The notes below the pieces were generated by a model that worked only from the letters and a program-made list of their open reading frames with translations, was not told where the DNA came from and ran no database searches. The translations under genes and the position numbers were made by a program. Source: Octopus sinensis (Eukaryota). From it: 64,000 bases of DNA. Below, one piece after another: positions 52,429-64,000 of this stretch; the stretch's first letter is position 1, and the number at the start of each line of letters is the position of its first letter. The stretch is from assembly GCF_006345805.1 (NCBI RefSeq), contig NC_043012.1, positions 7,254,001-7,318,000 on the forward strand, given 5' to 3'.

Positions 52429-54569
52429 CCATATATATATATATATATATGCGACGGGCTTCTATAAATTTCCGTTTACCATATTCACTCACAAGATATT
52501 GGTACGCAAAGTACTATAGCAGACGACACTTGCCCAAGATGCTGCGTAATGGGATTGAACCTGAAATCACTTTGTTTCTAAGTGGGCTTTTTAACAACAC
52601 AGCGTTGCCTGTGCTTACAGTCGTTTCTTTTCACTTGGCTCCAAAACATGATTTTAAAAAACGTATTTTTTCTTTACAGAATTATAGCAGTAGTTTTGTG
52701 GCATTAATGCCTTTCCAGAAAGGCGGTGAGCTGGCAGAATTGTTAGTACGCTGGAAGAAATGCTTAGCGGTGTTTTGCCCGTCGCTGCGTTCTGAGTTCA
52801 AATTCTGCCGAGGTCAACTTTACCTTTTATCCTTTCGGGGTCGATAAAATAAGTACCAGTTGTACACTGGGGTCGATGTAATCGACTGTCTTCATCCCCC
52901 AAATCTCATGCCTTTACGAATGCTTTAATAGGGATAATCCAAGTCATGGTGTTATTCATGCCGTTATTATTTACTCCCATGTCAGCTTAGATTAAGATTA
53001 TCTACGATCTTAAGACATTCCACCTGTGACCAATCCATGTTTTTTTTCTGGACGTTTAAAAAGGACAACATTATTCAATGTGCATTTTTTTTTTTATTAG
53101 GACAGATTGTGATTCGAGGAGGAAATGGCTACTATTTCGAACATTTTGGGTGACTCGGTAGAAAATTTCTGTAAATTAACATGGAGGTGGTGGTATCGGC
53201 AATGGTGGCGGTCTTAGTCGTCGTATATATCCCCCACGGACCTTTTTACAATACAGTTGGTTGTGATTTGAGGGACACATGGCTACTATTTCGAGAATGC
53301 TGAAATCAGGCATGGGTTATCCTTTTCGAGAAGTGGGCCGCATGAGATATAATTCATCTGGCGGACCGCACTACAAATATATTCGAGATATTTTTTGTGA
53401 GGCGTGCCATTCAGAAAGTCCCTGGGGCCGCAGGTTGTTCGTTTCTTCAAATCTTTGTATTGGTGATTGTACTCGTGGTGTTCGCGATTGTTTTTATCTC
53501 CAAGTCGTCCCATATTCAATATTACATTTTTGCGAATACGGTAGTATGTGATCTGAAGGACGCCTGGTTGCTATTTCTAGCATGTTAAATATGTTCTGTG
53601 ACCTGAGTAAAGATTCCTTTACATGGTGGTGGTGGCGGCGGTGGTGCTGTTGCTGTTTATCCTCAAGTCACTCATGAGAAAAACCTATCATCGATAGCTT
53701 TCCAGCCGTCTGTTATAAGCTTTCTGACCAGATTCCGGATCTGAATATAACACTTATGTATTTTTTTTCCTCTCACCATCAGTCTCGGATCTCCAGCAAA
53801 AGGAAGTTCAATGCGGCTGTTCTTCTCCGTCTCATTAAACCAATGACAAAAGCACACAGATCTATGTCAGCCCACGTAACTAATTAATTTTCCGAGAAGA
53901 GATAATAGCTTGTCGCTATTAGCTTTGAATCAAGTATTTCTTTAGCTCCAGTGCTCATATTTTCCACGATAAAAAAAAAATCATTCCATTGGTTTCTCTG
54001 GCCATGAAAACCACGGTATATCACGACTGATATTAATGTTATCACTGGAATTAGTATCGGTTAAAATAAAATAGAATAAATTTCCTTTATGATTTTCAGA
54101 CGTACAATAGATTAGATACATTAAAATTTTGTTTGATGGAGTTTTGAAAGTTGAAATATAGAAGATAACATTAACTAGCGCAACAGATAACCTAGATTAA
54201 AAACAATAGAAAACCACAGAATATACATATTTTTAAGTGAATACAATTATCTCTTCAACGGCTTTGTGATCGTTCATTCGTTTAGGATGCATATATATCA
54301 CTTTACAAAATAATACAAAAAAAAAACCCAAAAAACAAAGTGTTGTCTAAATCGGCTGTTTCTTATTTTATGGTTCAATGACAAGGGCGATGGAAACAAA
54401 ACTAAAAGATCGATATATCGCTAAAGAAGATAGATGAGATGATAAAAATTTTAAATGAGTTAAAATCACTAAACGAAATCAGACCAAACCGAGCCAATAA
54501 ATGACAGGAGAAACCATACTGAAAAAAGTTAATTGATTCCCCCGTGAAAGAAAATATATTTTAGTATCA

Positions 54570-54940
54570 TAGGCAAAGACATGGCTGTGTGGTTAAGAAG
54601 CTCGATTTACAACCACGTGGTACTGAGTTCAATCCCAATGCGCGGCAACTTAGGCAAGTGTCTTCTACTATAAATCTCCGCGTCGACAAATGGTTGTGAA
54701 TGAATTTGATAGCTGGAAGCTGTGTGGAAGCCCGTTCTATGTACATGTGTGTGTGTGTGTGTATTTGAGTTTTACCCACCACAACTATTACCTAACAACT
54801 GGCATTGGTTTATTATCATCCCTGTAACTTAGCGGGTCTGCAAAGGAGAACGCTAGAGTGAGTACCACATTTCAAAGATACTGGGGTCGATTTGTTAGAC
54901 TAAACCCTAGCATGGCCACAGCCCAATGACTTGAACAAGA
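54570..54940 (+). mobile_element. SINE family A, diverged (other diverged or partial copies near 11020-11200, 21700-21900, 29095-29270, 29935-30150, 37310-37600, 49985-50200, 52448-52605)
   Basis: Recognisable GGCTGTGTGGTTAAGAAG head and GGGGTCGATTTG...CATGGCC tail. Confidence 0.7.
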
Positions 54941-54949
54941 TTTCCTATT

Positions 54950-55430
54950 AAATTTGGAAGAAAATCAGATATAAAGTGAATTGATAAAATTGCTATCCAG
55001 ACCAGAATACTGATAGCCAGAACACAGCTTGAAAAATATTAACCCTTGTTCTATGACTTTATAGCGAAAATTAAGGTTAAGGCAGCGGAAGGATCGATAC
55101 ACTATTTCATGATGCAAGCACAATACATAAGAGGAGATTTATTGATACATTCCACCCATCTCTGTTGCCTAACACAAATTAGGCTTTGCTGGCCGTTGCT
55201 ATCGTTCTGAACACCAGGCTGTTTTAGATGTTATATTTTGGAGACCTCTGTAACCTAATAAAGGAAACAGAGCACTCTATTCTATTAATGTTATTGGCAG
55301 AGACATACAACAGGAAATTGAGGACCTACGAAAGCTAATGGGAACAAAGATTCCTGTGATGGTATGTGGTAAAACGCATCTAGATCGCGGCCACTTGAAC
55401 AAAAAGATTACAAACAAGGCTATGAAGTAA
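54950..55430 (+). pseudogene. Decayed RTE-like LINE 3' fragment
   Basis: Manual translation from about 55179 gives KLGFAGRCYRSEHQAVLDVIFWRPL*PNKGNR..GRDIQQEIEDLRKLM, like the RTE RL.FAGHCYR..W..GR end. Confidence 0.55.
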
Positions 55431-56725
55431 ACAAATGCGTTTGGCAACCAAATAGTTTCGGATTTGATCCCGCAGTTGAGTAATTTGAACAGGAGAAATG
55501 TCTTTTACCATAGACTGGAGTGTATCAAAGCTTTAGGAGTGAAATTTGATGGCCAGAATCAGTGAAAGGCTGTTGGAAAGGGAATTCTTATTCCTGACTC
55601 ATAGACTTAATCTGTCATTTTTGTCGACGATTTAACATCAATGCATGAACTTGAGATGTTTTTAACATAGTACACTCGTTTGTTAACATTCGGAGTATCA
55701 CCCTTGGATAGACGAACGAACAGTTGCTAATAAACTATACTCCTTACTAAAAAAAAATCCTCGCTGAGATATCTAGCTGACCTGGTAATAGAATTATCTT
55801 AATTTCAACATAATTTGCTCTCGTCGTTCTCGATAGATGGGAACAATTACAGTCTGGTGACAGCCGCAACTTGTTTTTGTTGTTATTTAACTCGAAATGA
55901 GATTTGATTTATCAAACCAAAGATCAAATGTATTAAACCTCAATAATCTCGTCTCTTATTTTCTCAGACATAATGTATTTCAATGTATTTAAAACATATT
56001 ATCGAATATTCCCTTGCGCTTTAAGACAGGAAAGCGTCGTTTGAGAGTTTGAGAGACATTTGGCTGCCATTTATTGCACATGAGGAGAGACCATGTGGAG
56101 TCTCTCATAGGGTACACACCTTAAATACTGTATATCTTGGAGTGTGCATCAGACAATATGCAAATGATAATAATCAGAAAGATCTATGTTTTTAATACTT
56201 TATTGTGGTCTGTGAAGTATTAGAAGGGTGAGGAAGCAATCTACATGGATAGAACGCTAGTTTATATTACGTAAATAGAGACTCTCTGCGCTCGATACAT
56301 CTGTTAGAAGTTATGGGCAGGTTTACTAAGATTACACACTACTGACTTAATGGAAGGATATTAGACGATATAGCCCTGATAGACAAAAAGACCGGGTGCT
56401 CATGAATGGAATGCTTTTTTATCATAGATCTGCACAACCAAGACACACCTGAGGCTAAACAATAACAACATAGAAAAAATATGCATAATTAACAGAAAAG
56501 ATTATCACTGATTGGTTGGATCGTTGGATGAACGGAAACATGGAGAATTCAGGATTTACGCCAAAAGATCCATTGAAACATTTAATGTGACCTTAGGTTC
56601 TTCATAGTTATTTTAGAAGCACCAGAAGCTTCTTCTTATTCAACAAATACTTGCCGATGAAGGACCCATTGTAAAAGTTGCATAGCTTGCTACAAATAGT
56701 AGTCAAATTCTCACCAGACTACACC

Positions 56726-56776
<51 letters not shown>

Positions 56777-56795
56777 TATACTTTTATTCATATAT

Positions 56796-57023
56796 TTGTT
56801 TCAGTCATTTGACTGCGGCCATGCTGGAGCACCACCCTTAGTCGAACAAATCGACTCCAGGACTTATTCTTTGTAAGCCTAGTATTTATTCTAACTGTCT
56901 CTTTTGCTAAGTTACGGTGACACCGGCATCGGTTGTCAAGCGATGGTGGGGGACAAACACAGACACTCAAATACATACATACATACATATCTATATCTAT
57001 ATCTCTATCTATCTATCTGTCTG

Positions 57024-57096
<73 letters not shown>

Positions 57097-57203
57097 GACG
57101 TCTTCTTTCAGTTCCGTCTACCAAATCCACTCACAAGGCTTTGGTCGGCTCGAGGCTATAGTAGAAAGCACCTGCCCAAGGTGCTACGCAGTTAGAATGA
57201 ACC
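56796..57203 (-). mobile_element. SINE family A, 5'-truncated
   Basis: Tail, internal microsatellite and CORE-like segment on the minus strand. Confidence 0.8.
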
Positions 57204-57914
57204 CTTTTTATTTTTCTTTGAAAATGACACATGAGATAATTTCGTTCTAGATTGAATGTATTCCTGAAAATATAATGAGATGGTCATGGCTGGAACACTT
57301 TGATAATAAAACTTCTTGATCAAATCTGCCGGAAGTTTAAAAGAAATTCTTTTTATTATAGGCACAAGGCCCGAAATTCTAAGGGAAGGAGCTCGTCGAC
57401 CCGAGTGGCATTTATTTTATCGACCCAGAAAAGGTGAAATACACAACCGACCTTCATAGAATTTGAACTCGGAACATAATGAGTTAGAAGAAAAGCAGCT
57501 TTGTAGTTTGTCTTGTGTGCTAACGATTCGCCCATCACGCCACCTCGTCTGCCTCTAAATAATAGCAGCAATTATTTCGTCTTCACAGATATGAGACTAA
57601 ATGAATTTGATGATGTCACAGGTATATTTTTACTTCCACTATTTGATATGAGCATCCGGTTGTCCTTCCCGTATCTCTTGATGTGTTCTGCTTGGGGTTT
57701 GGTTCAATGTTTGATTTAGAATAAAACGTTAAACTTTTTTTTTTACTTATTTTTGTTGGAAGGTGAATGAAGTTGATCATGATGTATTTTTGATACGATA
57801 ATAACGGCGGCGGCGTTGCTGATGAGTTGGTGGGGTGGGGGGGAGAGACAAAGTACATTAGTTGATGAAGAAGGAAAAAAGATAAAAGCGGAAGTGAGGA
57901 TATGTTGACTCTAA

Positions 57915-57927
57915 AATACATACATAC

Positions 57928-57976
<49 letters not shown>

Positions 57977-58077
57977 CAATATATATATATATATTATACA
58001 TATATATATATATATATAGTATATATATATATATATATATATTATTAATATATATATATTATATATATATATATATG

Positions 58078-58160
<83 letters not shown>
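57915..58160. repeat. Long (TA)n microsatellite, representative of dozens of (TA)n, (CA)n, (TACA)n, (TAGA)n and (TAA)n runs in the window
   Basis: Directly visible; similar runs at 1-240, 7620-7760, 24730-24930, 31968-32085, 40870-41058, 42160-42300, 50690-50765, 51830-51975. Confidence 0.97.
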
Positions 58161-58162
<2 letters not shown>

Positions 58163-59933
58163 TAAAGGAAGAGCTTAACGCCTACTACATTGCTTGCAAA
58201 GGTTACAAAAACATCATCGACAACGATAACAACGACGAAACGGGACCATAATATTATATCATTTGTAACTTATGAATGGCAAGGAGCAAAAAGGATGTCA
58301 TAGTTTTGACTTCGTGTTCACGCTATGATTCCGACTTCCAGCGAGTTTATCTATGAGATCCCTTCAGTAGAAGCATAGGAAGAAGATCCCACAGGCATCA
58401 GAACCCCTGATCTCTTTAAAGAATTCCGGATCTGGTTTCGGAAAACTCGCAGTTATTCTGCTAACATAACAAATAAACTGGCGTTAACGATCCCGTAATG
58501 GCGCCTTTACCTGGTCGATCGAACTGCTAGAAATAGAAAGTCAACCAAATCTTTGTCAAATCACATTCTACCATCTTACAAAAATAAACACAAGTTAGAT
58601 CGTTTGGCGATAGACATCCTTACATAAACAACATCCTCGCACCAGGAACACCTTTGATCTTAATAAGGTATGGCCGGAGGGGTTCAAACAACAACAACAA
58701 CAACAAAATAAAGCTAGTGCTTGGAATCATTTCTTAACAAAACAGAAATTTGAAGATAAATCTAGAAGGCGGCTCAGCACATTTAATCGTAATCCGTTGC
58801 CTGTTAATGAATATTCGCTTGATCTCCCATCGATTCCGTCTGTGTTATAAATAAATATATTTTGACCATGCGTCTTTGATGTCTTCAAAGGAAGAATCAT
58901 ATTTATATATGGGGAAAGAATGTCGTTATTCTGGGGGTTTTTTTTTACCCCTAAAGAGATATACACCAATGTGGTGATGTCTTATGGAAGAACAGAATTT
59001 TCGAAACGGTTTCAATTCCAAGACGTTATTGTAGTTTAGAGTTCCAGTTTAATCCTGACTATGGATCGTTATGCTCAAAGACGTTCCAGGCATGAACGTC
59101 TCTTTATTTTTTCAGCCTACATTAATAGCTGGGCTCATTTTCATTTCAAGGTGGTAGGCATTAATTTGGGTCTTATTTCACTACTATTTCAAATAGATTG
59201 AACTACAATGTAAAGGCTCCCTAATTTATTCACTCAATTCCATATTGAATTCATTTGTGAGGTGCAGAACCTTGACAATATTTGTACGCCATCTCTCCAG
59301 TGAGTGCAGGTATATTAATATAAGCGAGAAGTTCAGTTCCACGGGGCGGTACTTGAACCAGTGTCTCCAACTTAGACTTCGATCGACCAAAGCCGTAAAG
59401 GTGCAACTGAGTGAACGGAAACTATGTGGAAGACCCACGGGTGGATTGTACCTGTTTGAGGCGGGGGTAGTAGATTTAATCCATTGCCTTATATACAACT
59501 ACTACTTGCCTCTGGCCTTTAAGGACCAGTTCTACTAACTGGGGGACCCCCACTTTCTATTGCAAGCCTCGGTTGCACTGAAAGGAGTCAAGGAAGATTT
59601 CCTTTTCTTTTCTGACTAAAAGTACACACAGACATACACACATACCATACATACATACATACATACATACATACATACATACATACATACATAGTATGTG
59701 TACATATAAATATATATTTGTTTGGTTATACATGCACTCACACACACAGACATATCTCGTACCCCCACACACACACACACACATACGTCTGTATGTGTGT
59801 ATCTGCGTACACATATATATATATATATGTTGCCCCAGTATGACCGCAATCTAATGATTGAAACAGGTAAAAAGGAAAAAGGAATATATATATGTATATG
59901 TATATATATATATATGCACACAAACACACAAAC

Positions 59934-59964
<31 letters not shown>

Positions 59965-60128
59965 ATACAACAAACAATCGAACGGCTTTTGTGTGTTTCT
60001 TAAATGGCTTATAAACACCTTCCACGCTGCAATTGTTTTCGTTTCAGCACACGATCTCAGATCAAATTACTTGCTATGCGAGTACATCTCCGTAATATAT
60101 ATATATAATATAATATATATTATATATA

Positions 60129-60169
<41 letters not shown>

Positions 60170-60176
60170 CAGACAA

Positions 60177-60856
60177 AGGGTGCGGATAGTATTTGAGGAC
60201 ACATGCATTTTAGTCATTATTTCATTTGGTTAATTTTTATTGAACTTCCATTTCAGAAAATATCAATGACAGACCCTGTGCTTACTAATGAAATGAAAAG
60301 CCATGCTGTGATCGTGGTTTTGAAGGCTAAGAATGGTGTTTTAGAAATTTCTTGTTTTCTGAAAGCTACAAGGTCTTCTATCCACAAGATTCGGTGTGAG
60401 TTAGAGAAATGGAAGAGTATTACCTGTATCAAAACGTAAAAAACATTCCGAACGCTCTGATTCCATCAGGAGACCTGAATTTGTTCAGAAAGTTAAGCAA
60501 AACACTGAAGAAAATCCAAGAAAATCAATGAGGTCAATTGCAAAAAAGTGTTCTGTGTCAGAAAAAAAAACAATCAGAAACGTCAATGAACACCTCCCTA
60601 GCCCAAAATTTTTTGAAAGCTGCCATAATTCGAGTTATGTCCGATATGAACAAGGACCACTTAATCTAAGCTTGTAAACGATTTCGACCCCACATAGAGG
60701 CAGTTATTGATGCTTATGGAGGTTTTATTAAATGAAATTATTAAATTGATTAATTTAGCTTTATGTTTGTTATTTTTATAAAAATACAGTTTTTTTCTGT
60801 TATTATATAAGCGTTTTTTAAAACCATAAATCCGCCCTCAAATACCGTTCGCACTA
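60177..60856 (+). mobile_element. Internally deleted Tc1/mariner (maT/DD37D-like, tentative)
   Basis: Imperfect TIRs AGGGTGCGGATAGTATTTGAGG and CCTCAAATACCGTTCGCACT. N-terminal RSDSIRRPEFVQKV..NPRKSMRSIAK joined to C-terminal ACKRFRPHIEAVIDAYGGFIK*. No catalytic domain seen. Confidence 0.75.
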
Positions 60857-60961
60857 CATGTGTATATATTCACATATATATATATATTATATATATATAT
60901 ATATATTATATATATATATTGTAGGTATATATGCATTGTAGGTATATATATATTTGTAGGT

Positions 60962-61297
60962 GAAGGCGCATGGCTCAGTGGTTAGAACGCCGAGTTTACG
61001 ATCGTGAGGTTGTGAGCTAGAATCCTGGACCGGACTGCGTGTTGTGTTCTTGAGCAAGACACTTTATTTCACGTTGCTCCAGTTCAATCAGCTGTAGAAA
61101 TGAGTTGCGACGTCACAGGTGCCAAGCTGTATCGGCCTTTGCCTTTCCCTTGGATAACACTGGTGGCGTAGAGAGGGGAGGCCGGTATGCATGGGCGACT
61201 GCTGGTCTTCCATAAAACCACCTTGCCCAGACTTGTGACTAGGAGGGTAACTTTCTAGGTGCAATCCCATGGTCAGTGTCGTAACCGAAGGGGGTCC
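60962..61297 (+). mobile_element. SINE family C, tRNA-derived with CORE-like segment
   Basis: TGGCTCAGTGG A box and GTTCTTGAGCAAGACACTTTATTTCACGTTGCTCC; closely matches 32550-32862. Confidence 0.85.
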
Positions 61298-61935
61298 CAG
61301 ATATATGCATCTCACTATACTCATATATCGCCCAGAGTGTCAGCTGTTATTAAACACTGCTGGTCACAATTGATTCCTCGCATTGTTGTACTTTTCAAGA
61401 GATACCACCTCGCTAACTGGGCGAACAGGCCAACATTGCTTCTGATCGGAACTCCAGTCCATCACAGTGAGTGAACAGCTGAGTGGACAGAAGCAACGTG
61501 AAATGAAGTATTTGTGATCTTTTGCTGCTTTTTAATATAGCATATTACTCTACTTCTGGTATTCGAGTACTATTTTTTCCACCTTGTTTCGCATTTATGT
61601 ACTTACTCTGGTATATACATAAAGTAGTGCTGGTTGCCACTTCAACATCGTCGCTCCGTACGGAACAATGTTACTATTTTTTAACGCCGGAAGAACACCT
61701 CCTTCTGCTGGTTAACGACACAACCTGTGACCTATATATTGCGACAAAGAGGGCGAACCCTCGCACCTAGCGGTTTGACAGGATGAGTAGACCAACTCTG
61801 GTTTCAGGGTATTTGCCTTTCGTCACTACTGCTAGAGATGGCATTCAAGCGCCCTATCTTGCAACATAAAGAAAAATAAGCGATATACAAGCAAAATAGC
61901 AAGTTTAAAATCTCTCTAAGTGATGGAAGTAGTAC

Positions 61936-62000
<65 letters not shown>

Positions 62001-62005
<5 letters not shown>

Positions 62006-62205
62006 TAGTAATGGTAAGACAACAAAAGAATCAAAGAGACCTCGATATTATGTAAATAGAGGAATTTATCTCTAATATAATATGTGACAATTATACGCTT
62101 GCCATAATAAGACTCCGAGTTTCAGATGCCGGAGCAGGTTTCCACCCGACATCCGAAACTCGGAATCTTATTATGACAACCGAGTAATAGTCCCATATTA
62201 TATTA
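62001..62205. repeat. Fold-back element with 60-bp arms (62073-62132 and 62146-62205) plus 72-bp one-sided tail, in (TA)n
   Basis: Arms roughly 80% identical by eye; the tail is on the left only. Confidence 0.8.
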
Positions 62206-62422
62206 CAGATATATATATATATATATAAGAGAAATAGCTAGTTGTAAAATCTTATGAAGAGATCAGAGTAGTAACAATATTAAAAAGTAAAGTCAGTCAC
62301 CACATCAAAGTGGCTGTTCAATGTTATTACTATTTTAACCCTAGGCAGATACTCCAGTCGCTTTTTTCACGATATATTTTTGGCTGGAGCGGACTCTGAT
62401 TATCGCTCTGGCGGACAGGCGC

Positions 62423-62471
62423 TTGCGACTGAGGATGAGCCAAATAGCTCGAAACTAATTCAGTTTAGCGA
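62423..62471 (+). ncRNA. Hammerhead candidate with an extra nucleotide after A9
   Basis: UUGCGA-CUGAGGA-U-GAGC[CAAAUA]GCUC-GAAA-CU[AAUUC]AG-UU-UAGCGA; stem I imperfect. Confidence 0.55.
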
Positions 62472-62660
62472 TCCTGTTAGAAGGTGATAGAATGTGGTAG
62501 GAGTTCGCTCACTCCGCTAACAATACATATTGTATATAAAGGATGCAGAGTCGCAGAGAATCTGCCCGGGGTTAGACTACTAGAAACATGGAACAGCCAC
62601 TTCGGTGTGGCGACTCTTTTCATTATAGTTACGACTCTTATCTTTTCTTGCGATTTTACA

Positions 62661-62741
<81 letters not shown>

Positions 62742-62768
62742 GTCTGTGTGTGTGTGTGTGTGTGTGTG

Positions 62769-62818
<50 letters not shown>

Positions 62819-63083
62819 CTGAATGATTAAAATTAATCAAAAGGCATACTAAGTATGTCTACCTGCAGGAAATAACAGTCAAAACTTTTATTTAAATCAC
62901 CGAAGATATACTGCCATCGCCTATATCATTGATTCTGTTATCATTTTTAATTCTTACACTAGATAATAATAGAATCAATAATATCTTCGCAAATATTTTC
63001 TCCGGAATTATTTGGTCCGTATTGAAATATATATATATTTCAATACCGAAATATTAACCGAAATTTATCTCATTTTATATATA

Positions 63084-63127
<44 letters not shown>

Positions 63128-64000
63128 CAGACACACACCTATATCTAACTGGCTTTCGTACAGCTGCCAGTCACCAAATTTCAGTCACAAGTCTGTAGGT
63201 TCGAATCAAAATTCTTGACCACAGTGTTATTTCGTCATGTTTTACAATGAACACATGACAGAATTTCATGTACCTAAGTTCTCAATATAAATCAGAAGCA
63301 GTTTGCCCATATAAATAAATCGATATTTAGACGCTCAACTACCATGACGAATTACGTCTGTTTGAGCAGACTAACCGAAACCATGGCATAATTTATTTAT
63401 AAAACGAGAACCAATAAAAGCTATCTTCAGATATCACATAGTACTAAACAACAAGGCAAACTATTGCATAATTCTACTATTACTGAATAATTGATGGTCA
63501 ATAATGATAATATAAGACCTCAATCTGCAACTGTGGAGAAAGACAAAGCAAAATGAAAAAATAACAAAGTTTTGAATGAAGTTGGTTAAAATGGCGCTGT
63601 GAATGTGATGTTTGCTAACATTTATAATGAACCGACACGCTGATAAACTATTCATTCATTTATTTCATACAAACACGCATACACATACATAGTGATACAC
63701 TTATAGATATGCGTACTGTACGCACGCTAAAGCCATATATAATTACAGAACGCATAAGCTTAAAGAGACACACATGCACATATTCACGCACGCGGCGCTC
63801 ACATGGATGGCCGCCCACTCACAAATACATCACATGAGCGAAAAGCCGCAGTGTTCTGCGTCCTGATAACATTCGTTGATTTAACGGTTTAGAGCTAAAT
63901 TAGTATCGTATCCGATAAATAAATACGGCACAGCATCAGTTTTCTTAATTAAGATAAGAGGAAGGTAGGCACTTTCGAACCTTTTTCCGTGTCTCCCAGA

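Overview
Eukaryotic, AT-rich, microsatellite-saturated DNA. No host exon, rRNA, tRNA gene or CRISPR array could be supported. The SINE families and repeat landscape resemble octopus/cephalopod genomes (inference). Recognisable content: (i) a 5'-truncated Penelope-like element (PLE; RT with YLDD plus GIY-YIG) with an inverted pseudo-LTR at 18.6-20.9 kb; (ii) three R4/Dong-clade RLE retrotransposon copies, all inside (TAA)n runs at 41-47 kb; (iii) a near full-length decayed mariner, an internally deleted Tc1/mariner (maT-like), a probable Chapaev-like transposase fragment, and RTE and CR1 fragments; (iv) many tRNA-derived SINEs of four families. Most notable is a set of (TA)n-embedded, fold-back, hammerhead-ribozyme (HHR)-bearing non-coding insertions. 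The best example is a 2.8-kb array of ~480-bp units (949-3713), each carrying a type I hammerhead, arranged as an inverted block plus a direct block and splitting a SINE; it looks like a retrozyme-type concatemer. A 318-bp palindrome with two opposed HHRs (12.3 kb) and several smaller fold-backs share the same architecture of inverted arm plus one-sided tail, as does the PLE. HHR calls come from manual motif and base-pair reading and are untested. Almost all ORFs in the supplied track are microsatellite translations.
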